DNA of 64,000 nt, taken from assembly GCF_018350175.1 (NCBI RefSeq), contig NC_058368.1:140184001-140248000 (forward strand). Direction: 5' to 3'. Made by a program: the position numbers and the translations under genes. The notes under the pieces were generated by a model, which made no database searches, was not told the origin of the DNA, and saw only the letters and a list, made by a program, of their open reading frames with translations. This DNA is from Felis catus (taxonomy: Eukaryota). This document shows, piece after piece, positions 25,701-37,157 of the stretch (its first letter is position 1; the number at the start of each line of letters is the position of its first letter).

Positions 25701-26899
25701 TAAATCAAATCAGTTTTTATTAAAACGATGTCTGGAGCATATTATGTGGTCTGACTCAGTGATTCACCCTAAACAGAGCCGTATCATTTGCAGACATCGA
25801 TGATGCAATATGCAGCTGCCCGTGGACCTCCTCATAGGCCATAACTGGTGTGCGGGCCACACCTTGAGAACCTTCCAGTACAGGTACCAATATGCCATTT
25901 TCCTGGTGGAGTCTGCAGTGAGCCAGGCTTTTTGCATTTTCCATTTACCAGAGAGAGGAATGGCCACAGGCCACTCTGCCCCTGAATAACCTGCCTGCCA
26001 GCAATATGAAGATTGCTCCATAAAGGCGGTACAGACTTGTTCTCTTGTTTGACATTTTATGGTGGGATCTTTGTTGATTCATATGTTGTTAGAGATAATA
26101 CAGACCCCCTATGCCTTTCACCCAGTGTCCCCCAATGGCAACATCTACAGACATCTGATTTTAAACATATTTTTGAGTAAGTATTCGTGCCTTCCCTTAC
26201 ATGTGCGAAAACGCTGAAAAATCTTTGTTTTAGTGAGACTGCAAACCACAAGACCCAGTCTCTTCTGTCAAGAATCTGAAAATCAACTGGAGCCTTGAGT
26301 GAGGAACCTTGAGTCAAAAAGGAGCCCTTATATATATGCATTCCTTTATTTGCCCCAGAATGAAAACTAAGACTTTTACATGCAGCATTTTTTTTCAAAC
26401 CTATAATGTTTGATTGCAAAGTTTTTCTTTTTTTTTTCCTCATTGTGCATATGATTAGATTACATAGAGGGTTAGAATTGTCGACTTTGCAGTCATAACC
26501 ATGCCATTCAAGACCCCATGTGTGTTTCCTCTTCTAGAGGTGGGTGGCCCCCACACAAAGACCTTTTGGGGGGTCCTTAAAGCATGTGGTAAGAACATTT
26601 GTGGCTTGGAACAAAAGCAGAAACGCCAAATCCGGTCAGCTTATGTAGCATTTCTTTAAAAGAGCCATTGTAGAAGCTCTCGGTTACTAAGAAGCATGGC
26701 TACTCCCATGGTGGTACTGCCATGGCCCAGGCTCTGCTTCCCCCTCAGCACATTGTTCCTCACGTACCAGTGTGTCCGGTGCCTGTACTGGTCATGCAGG
26801 GAAGCAGCTCGTGTGCAGTGTCTGATATGATCATCAGTCTATGGATAGTAGAGCAGTTGGCTTTATTTACTGGGTAAACTGTCTTAATTTTGCTTTTAA

Positions 26900-27119
26900 T
26901 TTTTTAAAAAAATTTTAATGTTCATTTTTGAGAGAGAGAGAGAGTGAGAGAGTATGAGTGGGGGAGGGTCAGAGAGACAGGGAAACACAGAATCTGAAGC
27001 AGGCTCCAGGCTCTGAGCCGTCAGCACAGAGCCGGACACGGGGCTCGAGCTCGTGAACTGTGAGATCATGGCCTGAGCCAAAGTCAGCCGCTTAGCTGAC
27101 TGAGCCACCCAGGTGCCCC
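26900..27119 (-). mobile_element. CanSINE (SINEC_Fc-type), antisense, 1.5 kb upstream of exon 2
   Basis: Ends tgagccacccaggtgcccc; flanks tttgcttttaatttt/tttacttttaatttt. Confidence 0.96.
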
Positions 27120-28605
27120 TTTACTTTTAATTTTGAAAGTAGGAAGTATCTCTCTGTCCCCAACATTGCCTTCTCCATCTCTCTTCTTTCCTGCCTCCTT
27201 CTTGAGTCTCTGAGCCTCCAGCCTCAACCTCTTCCAGCTGCCTTCCCATCTTTTCTTACTCTCTTCATGGATCCTCCCATCTCTTGCTTCCCCTTACTGT
27301 CAGCCCTCCAAAAGAAAAAAATAAATAAAACAGAAAGAGAGAAAGAAAAAGGAGAATAAACAGAAAAACCCTCCATTACGACATTTGTTTAAAATAATCA
27401 TATGTTTATTTTAATTTCATTTTACTGTCTTCCAAAACACAGGGCTGTGCAGAACCAGGCTTCTGTTTGCCTCGCGGGCATTTACAGTTATTCGGTGGTA
27501 ATGATGCACAGTCCATTTATAAACAAACATCTTTTTGTCTTTATTACTGCGTTTGTTTGTGATGTCTGAATGAGCAGTTTAAGTGTATGTTTGTAAGCCA
27601 TTCACCAACTATCTTACACTAGGTACAAAGAGGAGGTAGAAATTAGTATTGCATAACTCATGCTTTGCAACACTGCCACAGAGTAGGGCTTGGGGATTTA
27701 ATGATAGGGGGAATGACTTTCTCACCATTATATCCTCTATGTACAACTGTGGGCCACCAGAGGAGACAGCTCAGTGGACAAGTGAACCATCTATTACCAT
27801 GGGTTCAGCCCAAATGTAAGCCAAGCCTTTTGTCTCAGTGATATAGAAAACCAAACAGTGGGCCATGGGAGACCCATGACAGGTATCCAGGACAGCAGTC
27901 AACTGGAATAACAGTAGGATGAGGGGTGTGTGTGTGTCCAGAGATGAAGGACATAGAGACAAAGCCTGGAGTACTTATAAGGTGGGGTTGTGACGGGACA
28001 TTGCATGTGGCTTACCTGTCACTGCTGGCCTGGGGGTGACTTCTGAAAGGACAGACCCCAACTAGACAAGCCTATTGTTCTAATTCATTGTTTATCAAAG
28101 GCATCTGTGAAATCATTTGATGAACTCTACCCATTTCCTACCGACATGACCGTTATACTAGGGCAAATACTCAATTGCAGTTTGGGGGCACTGCGTGAGT
28201 CTTGATTATTTATTGGAAGGAAGTACAATGAAAAGAGAGGGAAATGCGTTTTACAAATATATATATGACTCAATAGCATTGTATATGGGGCTGCTTGCCT
28301 GCTTTTTTTTTAATACTAGGAAATAAGTTCAGACAGGATTCTTCTCATATTCTGGTTTTGACTTTGCAGTGTGTGTATGTCTGTGAGCGATACTATTTTT
28401 CTCAATCCAAATGTGTTGCATGTACTTTTCGAGGTTCCAGATGTCCTGTTTTATCCTCAGGTAATTCCTGTGCATTCCATGCAAAGCTAATTCTGTGTCT
28501 TAGTCTGAGGGGGACAGTGAAAAGAGACCAGAGACCAAGGGATAGATGGTGAAAAAGACAAGAAAGGAATACTAAGTATCTTGTGTGGCTTTTCTTCTTT
28601 TGCAG

Positions 28606-28704
28606 TTCTGTTTTGAAGCCAAAGTGGATGATGCCGTCAGGGCTGACCCACTGATCAGAGTCTGAAAACTTCCCATCTTCGCATTTGCCATCAGTTGAGA
28701 TAAG
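28606..28704 (+). other. SV2C: 5' UTR part of SV2C exon 2 (3' splice site at 28605/28606)
   Basis: Polypyrimidine tract plus AG (ttttcttcttttgcag|ttctg) 99 nt upstream of the ATG. Implies a non-coding exon 1 upstream; no CpG island or promoter is visible in the window. Confidence 0.85.
28628..28654 (+). promoter_or_regulatory. Upstream ORF (MMPSGLTH*) in the SV2C 5' UTR
   Basis: ATG ATG CCG TCA GGG CTG ACC CAC TGA, out of frame with the main ATG and ending 50 nt before it. Confidence 0.6.
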
Positions 28705-29284
28705 ATGGAAGACTGTTACAAGGATAGGACTTCACTGATGAAGGGCGCCAAGGACATTGCCCGGGAGGTGAAGAAACAAACTGTAAAGAAGGTGAACCAG
28801 GCAGTGGACCGGGCCCAGGATGAATACACCCAGCGGTCCTATAGTCGGTTCCAAGATGAAGAAGAGGATGATGACTATTACCCACCTGGAGAGACCTATA
28901 ATGGGGAGGCCAATGATGATGAAGGCTCCAGTGAGGCTACCGAGGGCCACGATGAAGATGATGAAATCTATGAAGGGGAGTATCAGGGCATCCCCAGTAT
29001 GAACCAAGGGAAGGACAGCATTGTGTCAGTGGGGCAGCCTAAGGGCGATGTGCACAAGGACCGCCAGGAGCTGGAGTCAGAGAGGAAAGCTGATGAGGAA
29101 GAACTAGCCCAGCAGTATGAGCTGATAATCCAAGAGTGTGGTCACGGCCGTTTCCAGTGGGCCCTTTTCTTTGTGCTGGGCATGGCCCTTATGGCGGATG
29201 GTGTGGAGGTGTTTGTTGTTGGCTTCGTGTTGCCCAGCGCTGAGACGGACCTGTGCATTCCAAATTCAGGATCCGGATGGCTAG
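28705..29284 (+). CDS. SV2C: Synaptic vesicle glycoprotein 2C, first coding exon (residues 1-193 plus 1 nt): cytosolic N-terminus and first TM helix. Partial CDS; later exons not found in the window.
   Basis: Translation MEDCYKDRTSLMKGAKDIAREVKKQTVKKVNQAVDRAQDEYTQRSYSRFQ...ECGHGRFQWALFFVLGMALMADGVEVFVVGFVLPSAETDLCIPNSGSGWL closely matches the SV2C N-terminus as I recall it. Strong Kozak context (aagATGG), in-frame upstream TGA at 28696-28698, canonical donor CTAG|GTGAGT after 29284. The ORF track's extension to 29352 is intron read-through. Confidence 0.97.
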
Positions 29285-29951
29285 GTGAGTGCATCATGCC
29301 TGTGACACAGATTCTGAAACTGGCTTATTTGCAGAGCACCGTTAACAAATAGAATACTTACTTTTCATCCAGAGCACTGCTTCTCCCCTCACCACTACTT
29401 TATTAGGAACAGCTTTGAACATGCAAAAGAATCAAAAACATTGTACAATGATGCTTGTATATATCCACTACCTAGATCCTATAGTTAGCATTTACCGTAT
29501 TTTCTCTATCATCTATTCATCCATCAATCCAACTTATATGTTTATGCATTTCAAATTAAGAGCAGTATGTTTTATATTATTATAAATGTTTTATTGGTTT
29601 CTCCTTTATTAACTTCTAAAGATATGTCCTTGGAAGTTAATAAGACTACTTACTATATGAAAACATATTTGGTACTTTTCTAAATATAGAGGTAAATTCT
29701 ACATAACTCTGACAAATGTGATTTAAAATTCTGAATTTCAAATTTTATGTATAATACTATGATTTAAATACTTTTGGGACCCCGCTGATTTTTTTTTCCC
29801 CTTTAATCTATGTGTATGTTTGCTTGTTTATTTTTTCAGTTAGTTTTATTCATAGAATTTTCTCTAGATGACTTTTTCTTTTTCAAAGCTTGTACCTTTG
29901 TGCCTAAACTGGAAGAACTTCCTCATATGCTTTAAAAATCTATTTCAAATC

Positions 29952-30178
29952 GGGCAACTGGGTGGCTCAGTCAGTTAAGCGTCCGACTCTTGATCTCAGC
30001 TCAGGTCATAATCTCACAGTTCGTGAGTTCAAGCCCCACATAAGGCTCTGCACTGATAGTGTGGAGCCTGCTTGGGATTCTCTCTGTCCCTCCTGTCTCT
30101 GTCCCTCCCCTGCTTGTGCTCACTCACGTGCACGCTCTCTCTCTCAAAATAAATAAATGAACTAAAAAAATTTTTTTT
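29952..30178 (+). mobile_element. CanSINE, sense, 0.67 kb downstream of exon 2
   Basis: gggcaactgggtggctcagtcagttaagcgtccgactcttgatctcagctcaggtcat; TSD aatctatttcaaatc. Confidence 0.95.
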
Positions 30179-32686
30179 AATCTATTTCAAATCATATTAA
30201 TATCTAAATTATATGTGTGAAAATAATACGACTTCTCTATCAAATATCTAGATAGCAGAAGTTACCATGACCTTGAGGTTCAAAGGAACCCTCCCTTGTG
30301 GAAGGGAAAATAAGAAGGCCAAGAAACATGCACACAGCCACATAGCCCCAACAATTTAAGTCCACGTCAAGCATTCAGTAGATTAAGGTAGGAGGACTTT
30401 CAAACCCCTTTTGCTAAGCATACCCCAGACAACATGTTTATGTGCATATGAAATCTATATGTGTCTCAGAGTCTGTGAGAGTAAGAGTACTTGGCATCTA
30501 TATTTTCAAGGGACTTTTTAAAACTAAAGTTTGATAAACAAAAGTCTGCAAGTCTTTTTGTGGAAACTGAGTAATTTTGTTGAGTAATGTTATAATCATT
30601 GATGCTGTGAAGTTTTCTGTGTGGAAAAAAATGCGATTAAATGCCATTTTCTAACCTGCTCTGTGACAGTGAAAGAGAGAAAATCATGAGAAAAAGATTT
30701 ACATCTCATGCCTTTAACACTTGTTTCTTTATATGACCCCGTCCTAGCATCTATTTTTTTATTGACTTAGCTGAAAGAGATAGATCCTTGGAAGCGGACT
30801 GTGAGGGAGAGAGGGTGGGGGTGGGACGTATTTTGCCTCTTTTTACTGGTAGACTCATCTCTGTGTTCAGCCATCAAAATACAGAACGTAATTTTGAGGA
30901 GGGTCCTTAGTCGTTTGTCAAATTGATCATTTCAGTGTACCTCGTATGTATCCAGCACTGTATTTTGCCTTTGTGTGTGTGCGTTTTTTTTCTTTTGGTG
31001 AGCAGCTATATCTACTATAAGGCTGGGAATCAAAATATTTATCAAGATGTTGCAAAAGGAGTGCATCAGCAGAACATTTTAAGGAGATAGATACTTAGGA
31101 ATACAACTGCACACATATTTAATAATTGCAAGCTTCATTTTAGGATAAGAAGCATTTCACATTATAATCCTAGCTTTTATAGTGGAAACATTTCAGAAAA
31201 CTCTAAACTAAGCTTGCCTTTATCTTCTTGGTGCTGAATGGAAACACAGTATGACACCTGGTTCTCTTATCAGTTTATTCCATACACCTTTAAACCCTGC
31301 TGATGTTACACACCCCTAGGTGACATTCAGAAGTTCAGATAATGCTGTGGAACAATTGGAGCAGTGATATTTTCCTCTTTCCATAAGTGTGACTGCTTTA
31401 GTGAATTAAAACTGTGTCCCCAAGAGCGTATGGTTTCACTCAACATTGTGAGTCCCCTACAGAAGCATTTTAATGGTTTCATAACTGTACCTTCCAGACT
31501 TGCATTTCAATTATTTTGCCACTGTAATTTCACTTATAATTGCATTCTAATGGAGTTTTTTTTAGACAAGCATTTAAATTGTTTTGCCATTTTCATTCCA
31601 TCGAATAATAGCTTTGTAATATAATTACCACACTAAGTCACAGCAATGGGATCAAAATGCGAGAAAGACGCATGACCCATGTTTGGTGGTATTTGAGGGA
31701 TATAGATTTGCAAAGTAATTTCTCATTTGGCACTAAGAATTGTGTCATTCTCTCAAGGAAGACCAGGAACAAAAAATATGAACCAATTTATGTCTCATTT
31801 ATTTGGGAGATAGAGCCTCTCTTGATGTTTGCTAGAAGGTTGACTTAAAGATAGTGACTGTGTGTGCAGGTGTCTATGTGTATGGCCTGTGTGTATATAT
31901 AACATTGTTAATTGGGCTGGGAAAAAGAGTAAATATTTAATTATCTAACGAGCTGTTCTTTGGGGGAATAAGGTGCAGTCTTATTTAAGATAATCCATGC
32001 TCCATTGCCAAAGTCTATTATTGAGCATTTATTATGTGCAAAGCATAGTGTTACCACTGGGGATAATAGGACAAATAAGGACGAGGTTTCTGTATCCAAG
32101 GAAGTTATAGTCTAGTATGGAGAAATCACAAATGTCTGCATGTTGCTAGCACGAAGAAACAAATATCAACAGCTGGAAGAGAAGCAAAAATAGACTTGAG
32201 GCTGAGAGACCACGTAAGGTGTCGCGACCTGACCGAGACAGTGGGGGAAAAAGCCAGGATGTGAGAGCTGTTCCAGAGGGAGGGTCAGCAAGGATTGGTC
32301 CTCGATGAATTCAGATGGCGGAACAAGTGGACAGTTGATGAAAAGAAGGTGATTCATCAAATAAAGTAATGCGGAGTACAGGTTTGAACCTGAGGCAGAA
32401 GGATGAAGAGTTTGTTTTAGACTTCTCCCTTTGAGATCCTGGGGAGTGTCCCAGGAGTCCAGTGAGCCACTGTCCTTTTGGACTGAAGCACAGTTGGTTT
32501 GTGAGCAATCTCATTTAAGATGGCACTGCCGGTGACCTCAACCAGGGGGACAGTGGTTTCCCGCAGAAAGCTCTATTATGGGGCTGCTGATGAGGAGGAT
32601 GGCGGAAGAGGAGCAACCAGGAGAGTGGGGAGGCCTGGATGTCGCTGGGAAAAGGGAGGGATCTGTCACCCTCACGTGCTGCAGTC

Positions 32687-32896
32687 TTTTTTTTTTTTTA
32701 GTTTTGAGAGATGGAGAGAGAGCGCACACGCGCACAAGGGCAGGGGAGGGGCAGAGAAGGAGAAAGAGAATCCCAAGCAGGCCTGGTGCTGTGAGCGCAG
32801 CAGAGCACGACGTGGGACTCCATGATCTCTGTGAGATCAAGACCTGAGCCAAAAGCAAGAGTCGGACACTTAACCGACTGAGCCATGCAGGCGCCC
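32687..32896 (-). mobile_element. CanSINE
   Basis: Poly-T and GA tract; ends cttaaccgactgagccatgcaggcgccc. Confidence 0.92.
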
Positions 32897-33044
32897 TGGT
32901 GGCTGCAGGGTCCTGCAGGAAGGATTCCAAACAGTCTCTCAGTTCTGGCATTTAAGAAGTTACCGGCAGTGCAAAAGACCATTAAGACGAAAACAGCGAG
33001 CAAAGCTCGTGAATAAAGGGTTTAATAGCTAAAGAACAACACGA

Positions 33045-33257
33045 TTTTTTTTTTAAGGTTTGTCTTGTTTTGTTTCGTTTTGAGAGAGAGACAGAGCACA
33101 AGTGGGGGAGGGGCTGAGAGAGACACAGAATCCCAAGCTGGCTCCAGGCTCTGAGCTTTCAGCACAGAGCCCCATGCAGGGTTCAAACCCACAAACTGTG
33201 AGATCATGACCTGAGCCGAAGTCGGACGCTTAACCGACTGAGCCACCCAGGCATCCC
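33045..33257 (-). mobile_element. CanSINE (SINEC_Fc-type)
   Basis: gagatcatgacctgagccgaagtcggacgcttaaccgactgagccacccaggcatccc. Confidence 0.94.
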
Positions 33258-35689
33258 GACAGAAATTTTTATACATCTTTTCTGCGACTTCAGCTGCCCC
33301 TCTGGTGTTACAATAGGTTCTGTGTTTGATAAAGCACTATTTGTGCAGTAGCTTTTGTGTGTGGGGCTTGGCCCAGGGCCCTGTAAGGGAGACTGCGAAT
33401 AAGGATTGGTTGCTATTATCAAGGGAGATCATGGTATTTCCCAGCTGCTGGTGTCTTAGTGTTTTAGGCAGACCCTGTCACATTAAAAATGAGGGGGGGA
33501 CTTGGGAGTGTACCTGACTTGCCTGATGCATCGCTGCCTGTTGGGAGAGCCAGACTGCCACCCATCCCAGCTCCTCATCCCATCTGCCTTTCCAGTTCTC
33601 CAACATTTTCATTTAAAGGCCTCTGGACTGGGGTTACTTCTAGGAGAATACAGTATTCTCAATTGTTGGCAGAAATATACCACTCCGGTATCTCAAGGGG
33701 GGGGGGGGGCAGATCTAAAAATTCACTTTTTGTTCATGGATTCCAACAGTGTAATCACCTATTGATATTACATCTTTTTCTCCCTTTCCTAAGCCCTAAT
33801 AGAGGATACGCCCTGGTTGTTGTTGTTGTTGTCTTTATTTATACACAGTACATAAGGGCAACAGTCACAAATGAGAAATACGCTTTCCTCAAAAATAAAG
33901 GGGACATGAGCCCCATGGGACCAGGGTTGTGAACTATTGTTTCCCCACCGCCCACATCAGTGCCTAGTACACAAGGGAATCTCAACAAATATTTGAGATG
34001 ACAGTCCCTGCAATCATTAACACTTTGAGACCTCACTGAGGATATGGACATATCGAAAGTAAGAATGTGTTATTTTGAGTGGGCATTCATCAGTAGTAGA
34101 GGACCAACAGGAGGGAAAGTCATAGATGCAGATGTTGTCAGTGCCCTCCTGGTTGCTGGTCAGGGTTGTGGTGCCCTGACCTAAAAATCTTAACCGATGT
34201 GGTTTGGGGGCCACATGTATCACTATTGTAAGGAAGGCTGCCTGAGGCCTGGGGTCTGTAAAGACATGAATCCTGTAGCAAAGACCTCTCCCTCTAATTC
34301 CACGCTCCAAAGCCCTTTAAAGATTTCCAATTCAGCTTGCTTTAGAGCTTGCCCATCAGGAATGCACCTGCCAGAGGATGCCAGTCTTTGTGGAAATTCT
34401 GTGTTTCATTTAAATTAACCAATTGGCATTCTGATTTTTCCGTCTGTCTTGGTGAGCTTCACTCCTGGGAGTCTGCTTCTGAGAGATGGATGTGTTCAGG
34501 GTGTGCTGACACATCTAGTTTGGGAACACGTGGGAACCAGGTCCAGACCAGGACTGGGTGGAAGTAGCCAGCACCCTGGAAGGCCCACCTGGGTGTCCCA
34601 GAGTAATACCCTATTGTAGCACAGACTAATTTGCCTTTAGAACCTCTATAGCATTAGCTGGTTGATTGGCATGTTGGGCAAAAAACAGAGGTAGACCATG
34701 AACATCAAAGCATCAAGAATGTATTGGTACAAATGAATGGAATTTTTATTGACTTTTTTTCATTTTTGGACATGTCAGTTTGGAAACTATTCAATACTTG
34801 CCTATCAAGTCAGAGTGTTTGGAATTCGTATACCTTCTCTTGACAACTATGATGCTCATTCAACAAAAATTTGTTGAGCACTGACTATGTGACTGGCATG
34901 GTTTTAGACTCTAGAGATACAATGGTAAATAAAACAAAATCGCTAGTAGACCTTAAGCGTGTCTTTTAACTGTTCTTTCCGTAGTTTCCACCTAGGTGGT
35001 AGAATTTCTTGGAACGTACCGAGTTCTCTCTCTGTCTCTCTCTCCCCTGCTACTTCATTTGCCACTTACAGAAATGGTGGTTTCCTTGAAGGCTGGGCTG
35101 GATGGATATGACCTGAACTATCCCTAATTTCTGTGCATCTCTCCATATGCTCCCTTATTCTTTTAGGTATTACCAAAAGAAGACATATTCCTTTTGGGAT
35201 TTCTAGCTCCTTATCTTTAGCTGTCCGTGTTTAAAAAACAAAATAAAACAAGCTTCAAGTTTCTGAGATATCTTTTTCTTTCCTCCTGTTGACTGCTCGT
35301 TGCCACTAGATTGCAGGCAGAATACAGTAATTGGCTCAGTGTGTGTCAAACCAGTCGTTTCATTCAGTGTGTGTATTACCTGTTCCCAGTGCTGCCAGGT
35401 AGACCAGTATATCTGAGCTGATACCAAAATGATGCAGTCTTAGCTTTATCCCAAGTTTTGATCATTGGGCATCTGGGTATACTCTGTATATCTTTCTCAG
35501 TTTGAGAAATAACTGGTGTATATCGCTGTGTAATTTTAAGATGTACAGCATGATGGTTTATGTATATTGTGAAATGATTGCCATACTAGGTTCAGCTAAT
35601 GTCCATCTTCTCATAAATGCAATAAAAAGATAAGAGAGAAAAAAGGAAAAAAATTGTTTCCTTATCACAAGAACTCTTAGGAGTAACTT

Positions 35690-35995
35690 AGGGGTTACAG
35701 GCGTTGTGACCCTCTGCACGGGTGAAAACCCCAGTGTAACTTTCACTCCCCCAAAACTTAACTACTGATAGCCTGTTCTCAGTAGGAAGCCTTACTGATT
35801 CACATAAACAGTCTTATTAACACATAGTGTGTACGTTACATGCATTATATATTATATTCTTATAATAAAGTAACCTAGAAAAAAGGAAATCATAACAAAG
35901 AAAAAATACACTTATTGTACTATATTTATATTTAAAAAATCCATGTATAAATGGACCCATGTAGTTCAAACCTTTGTTGTTGAAGGGTCAACTGT
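35690..35995. mobile_element. Tigger2a/MER28-like TcMar DNA transposon nested in L1
   Basis: cccaaaacttaactactgatagcct..ggaagccttactga; right TIR gttcaaacctttgttgttgaagggtcaactg. Confidence 0.82.
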
Positions 35996-36352
35996 GTATC
36001 ATACTCCAGTATTAGCTATAGGCATCATGTTATAGATTATACTAGTACTTACTTATAACTGGAGGCTTATACCTTTTGACCGTCTTCCTCCATTTATCCC
36101 TCCTCTCCCCCCACCCCCAAAACTGCCTCTGATAACCACAAGTCTGATCTCTTTTTTCTATGATTTTTTTTTAGGTTTTTGAGTGTTTGTTGTTGTTGTT
36201 ATTGTTCTGCATATAAGTGGGATCATACAGTGTTTGTTTGTCTTTCTCCATCTGACTTACTTCACTGAATATAATGCCTTCAGGGTCCATCCATGATGTT
36301 GCAAATGGTTGACTTTCCTTGTTTTGTTTTTTTAATGGCTGAAAAATATTCC

Positions 36353-36354
<2 letters not shown>

Positions 36355-36394
<40 letters not shown>
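36355..36394. repeat. (TG)n within L1
   Basis: About 20 units. Confidence 0.97.
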
Positions 36395-36395
<1 letters not shown>

Positions 36396-37121
36396 ATACA
36401 CACCATACCTTCTTTATCCATTCACCCATCAATAGACATTTAGGTTGTTTCCATGTCTTGCCTATTGCAATAATGCTGCTATGAACATGGTGGTGCAGGT
36501 GTCTTTCTGAGTTGCAGTTTTTATTTCCTTCAGATATAATCCCAGGAGAGTTGCAGTATCATGATCATAATGGATTAAGTCTTTAATCCATTTTGAGTTC
36601 ATTTCTGTGAGTGCTTTAAGATATGGGTCCGGTTTCATTCTCTTACATGTATTTACATGTAATTAAATACAATCCAATTATCCCAGCACTGTTTATTAAA
36701 GCACTTTTTTCCATTGAGTATTCTTGGCTCTTTTGTCAAATATTAGTTACTGTCTATGCTTGAGTTTACTTCTGGGCTCTTGATTCTGTTCCATTGGTCT
36801 ATTTGTCTGTTTTTATGCCAGTACTATACTGTTTTGATGACTGTAGCTGCATAGTATATCTTGAAATCAGGCGGTGTGATGCCTCCTGTTTTGTTCTTCT
36901 TTCTGAGGAAATCTTTGGCTATTAAGGGTGTTTTGTGGTTTCATATGAATTTTAGGAGTGTTTTTTTCTACTTCTGTAAATGTGTTCTAAATTTTAAGAT
37001 GAGTGGCTTTGTACCCTAAAAGTGTAGGCTGCAGATTTCAGGATCAGCAACTATATACCCTGCCCAATCCCTTTGTTATTGACATCTGCCTTGGTATCTT
37101 GAAGGGAGGTTTGATCTCCAT

Positions 37122-37157
37122 TGTGTGTGTGTGTATGTGTGTGTGTGTGTGTGTATG
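37122..37157. repeat. (TG)n, imperfect
   Basis: Visible directly. Confidence 0.9.

Larger units (their letters stand above)
35500..36985 (-). mobile_element. L1 (L1MA9/L1_Carn-like) 3' region, internally deleted and interrupted by a Tigger element
   Basis: gtacagcatgatggtt..tatattgtgaaatgatt; ggttgtttccatgtcttg; ctgggctcttgattctgttccattggtcta. Confidence 0.87.

Noticed and set aside
28480..28495. 16-mer tgcaaagctaattctg also present at 60351-60366
   Set aside because: Roughly 0.5 such pairs are expected by chance in 64 kb, more with AT bias; the match does not extend.
28732..29007. Antisense and alternate-frame ORFs overlapping the exon
   Set aside because: Shadow ORFs caused by the GAT/GAA-rich codon content of the real exon.
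29285..29352. ORF-track extension of SV2C to 215 aa
   Set aside because: SV2C similarity stops at the canonical AG|GTGAGT donor; the rest is intron.
32520..33932. Cluster of 100-147 aa ORFs
   Set aside because: Mostly built from antisense SINEs and low-complexity sequence, often with non-ATG starts; no recognisable domain.
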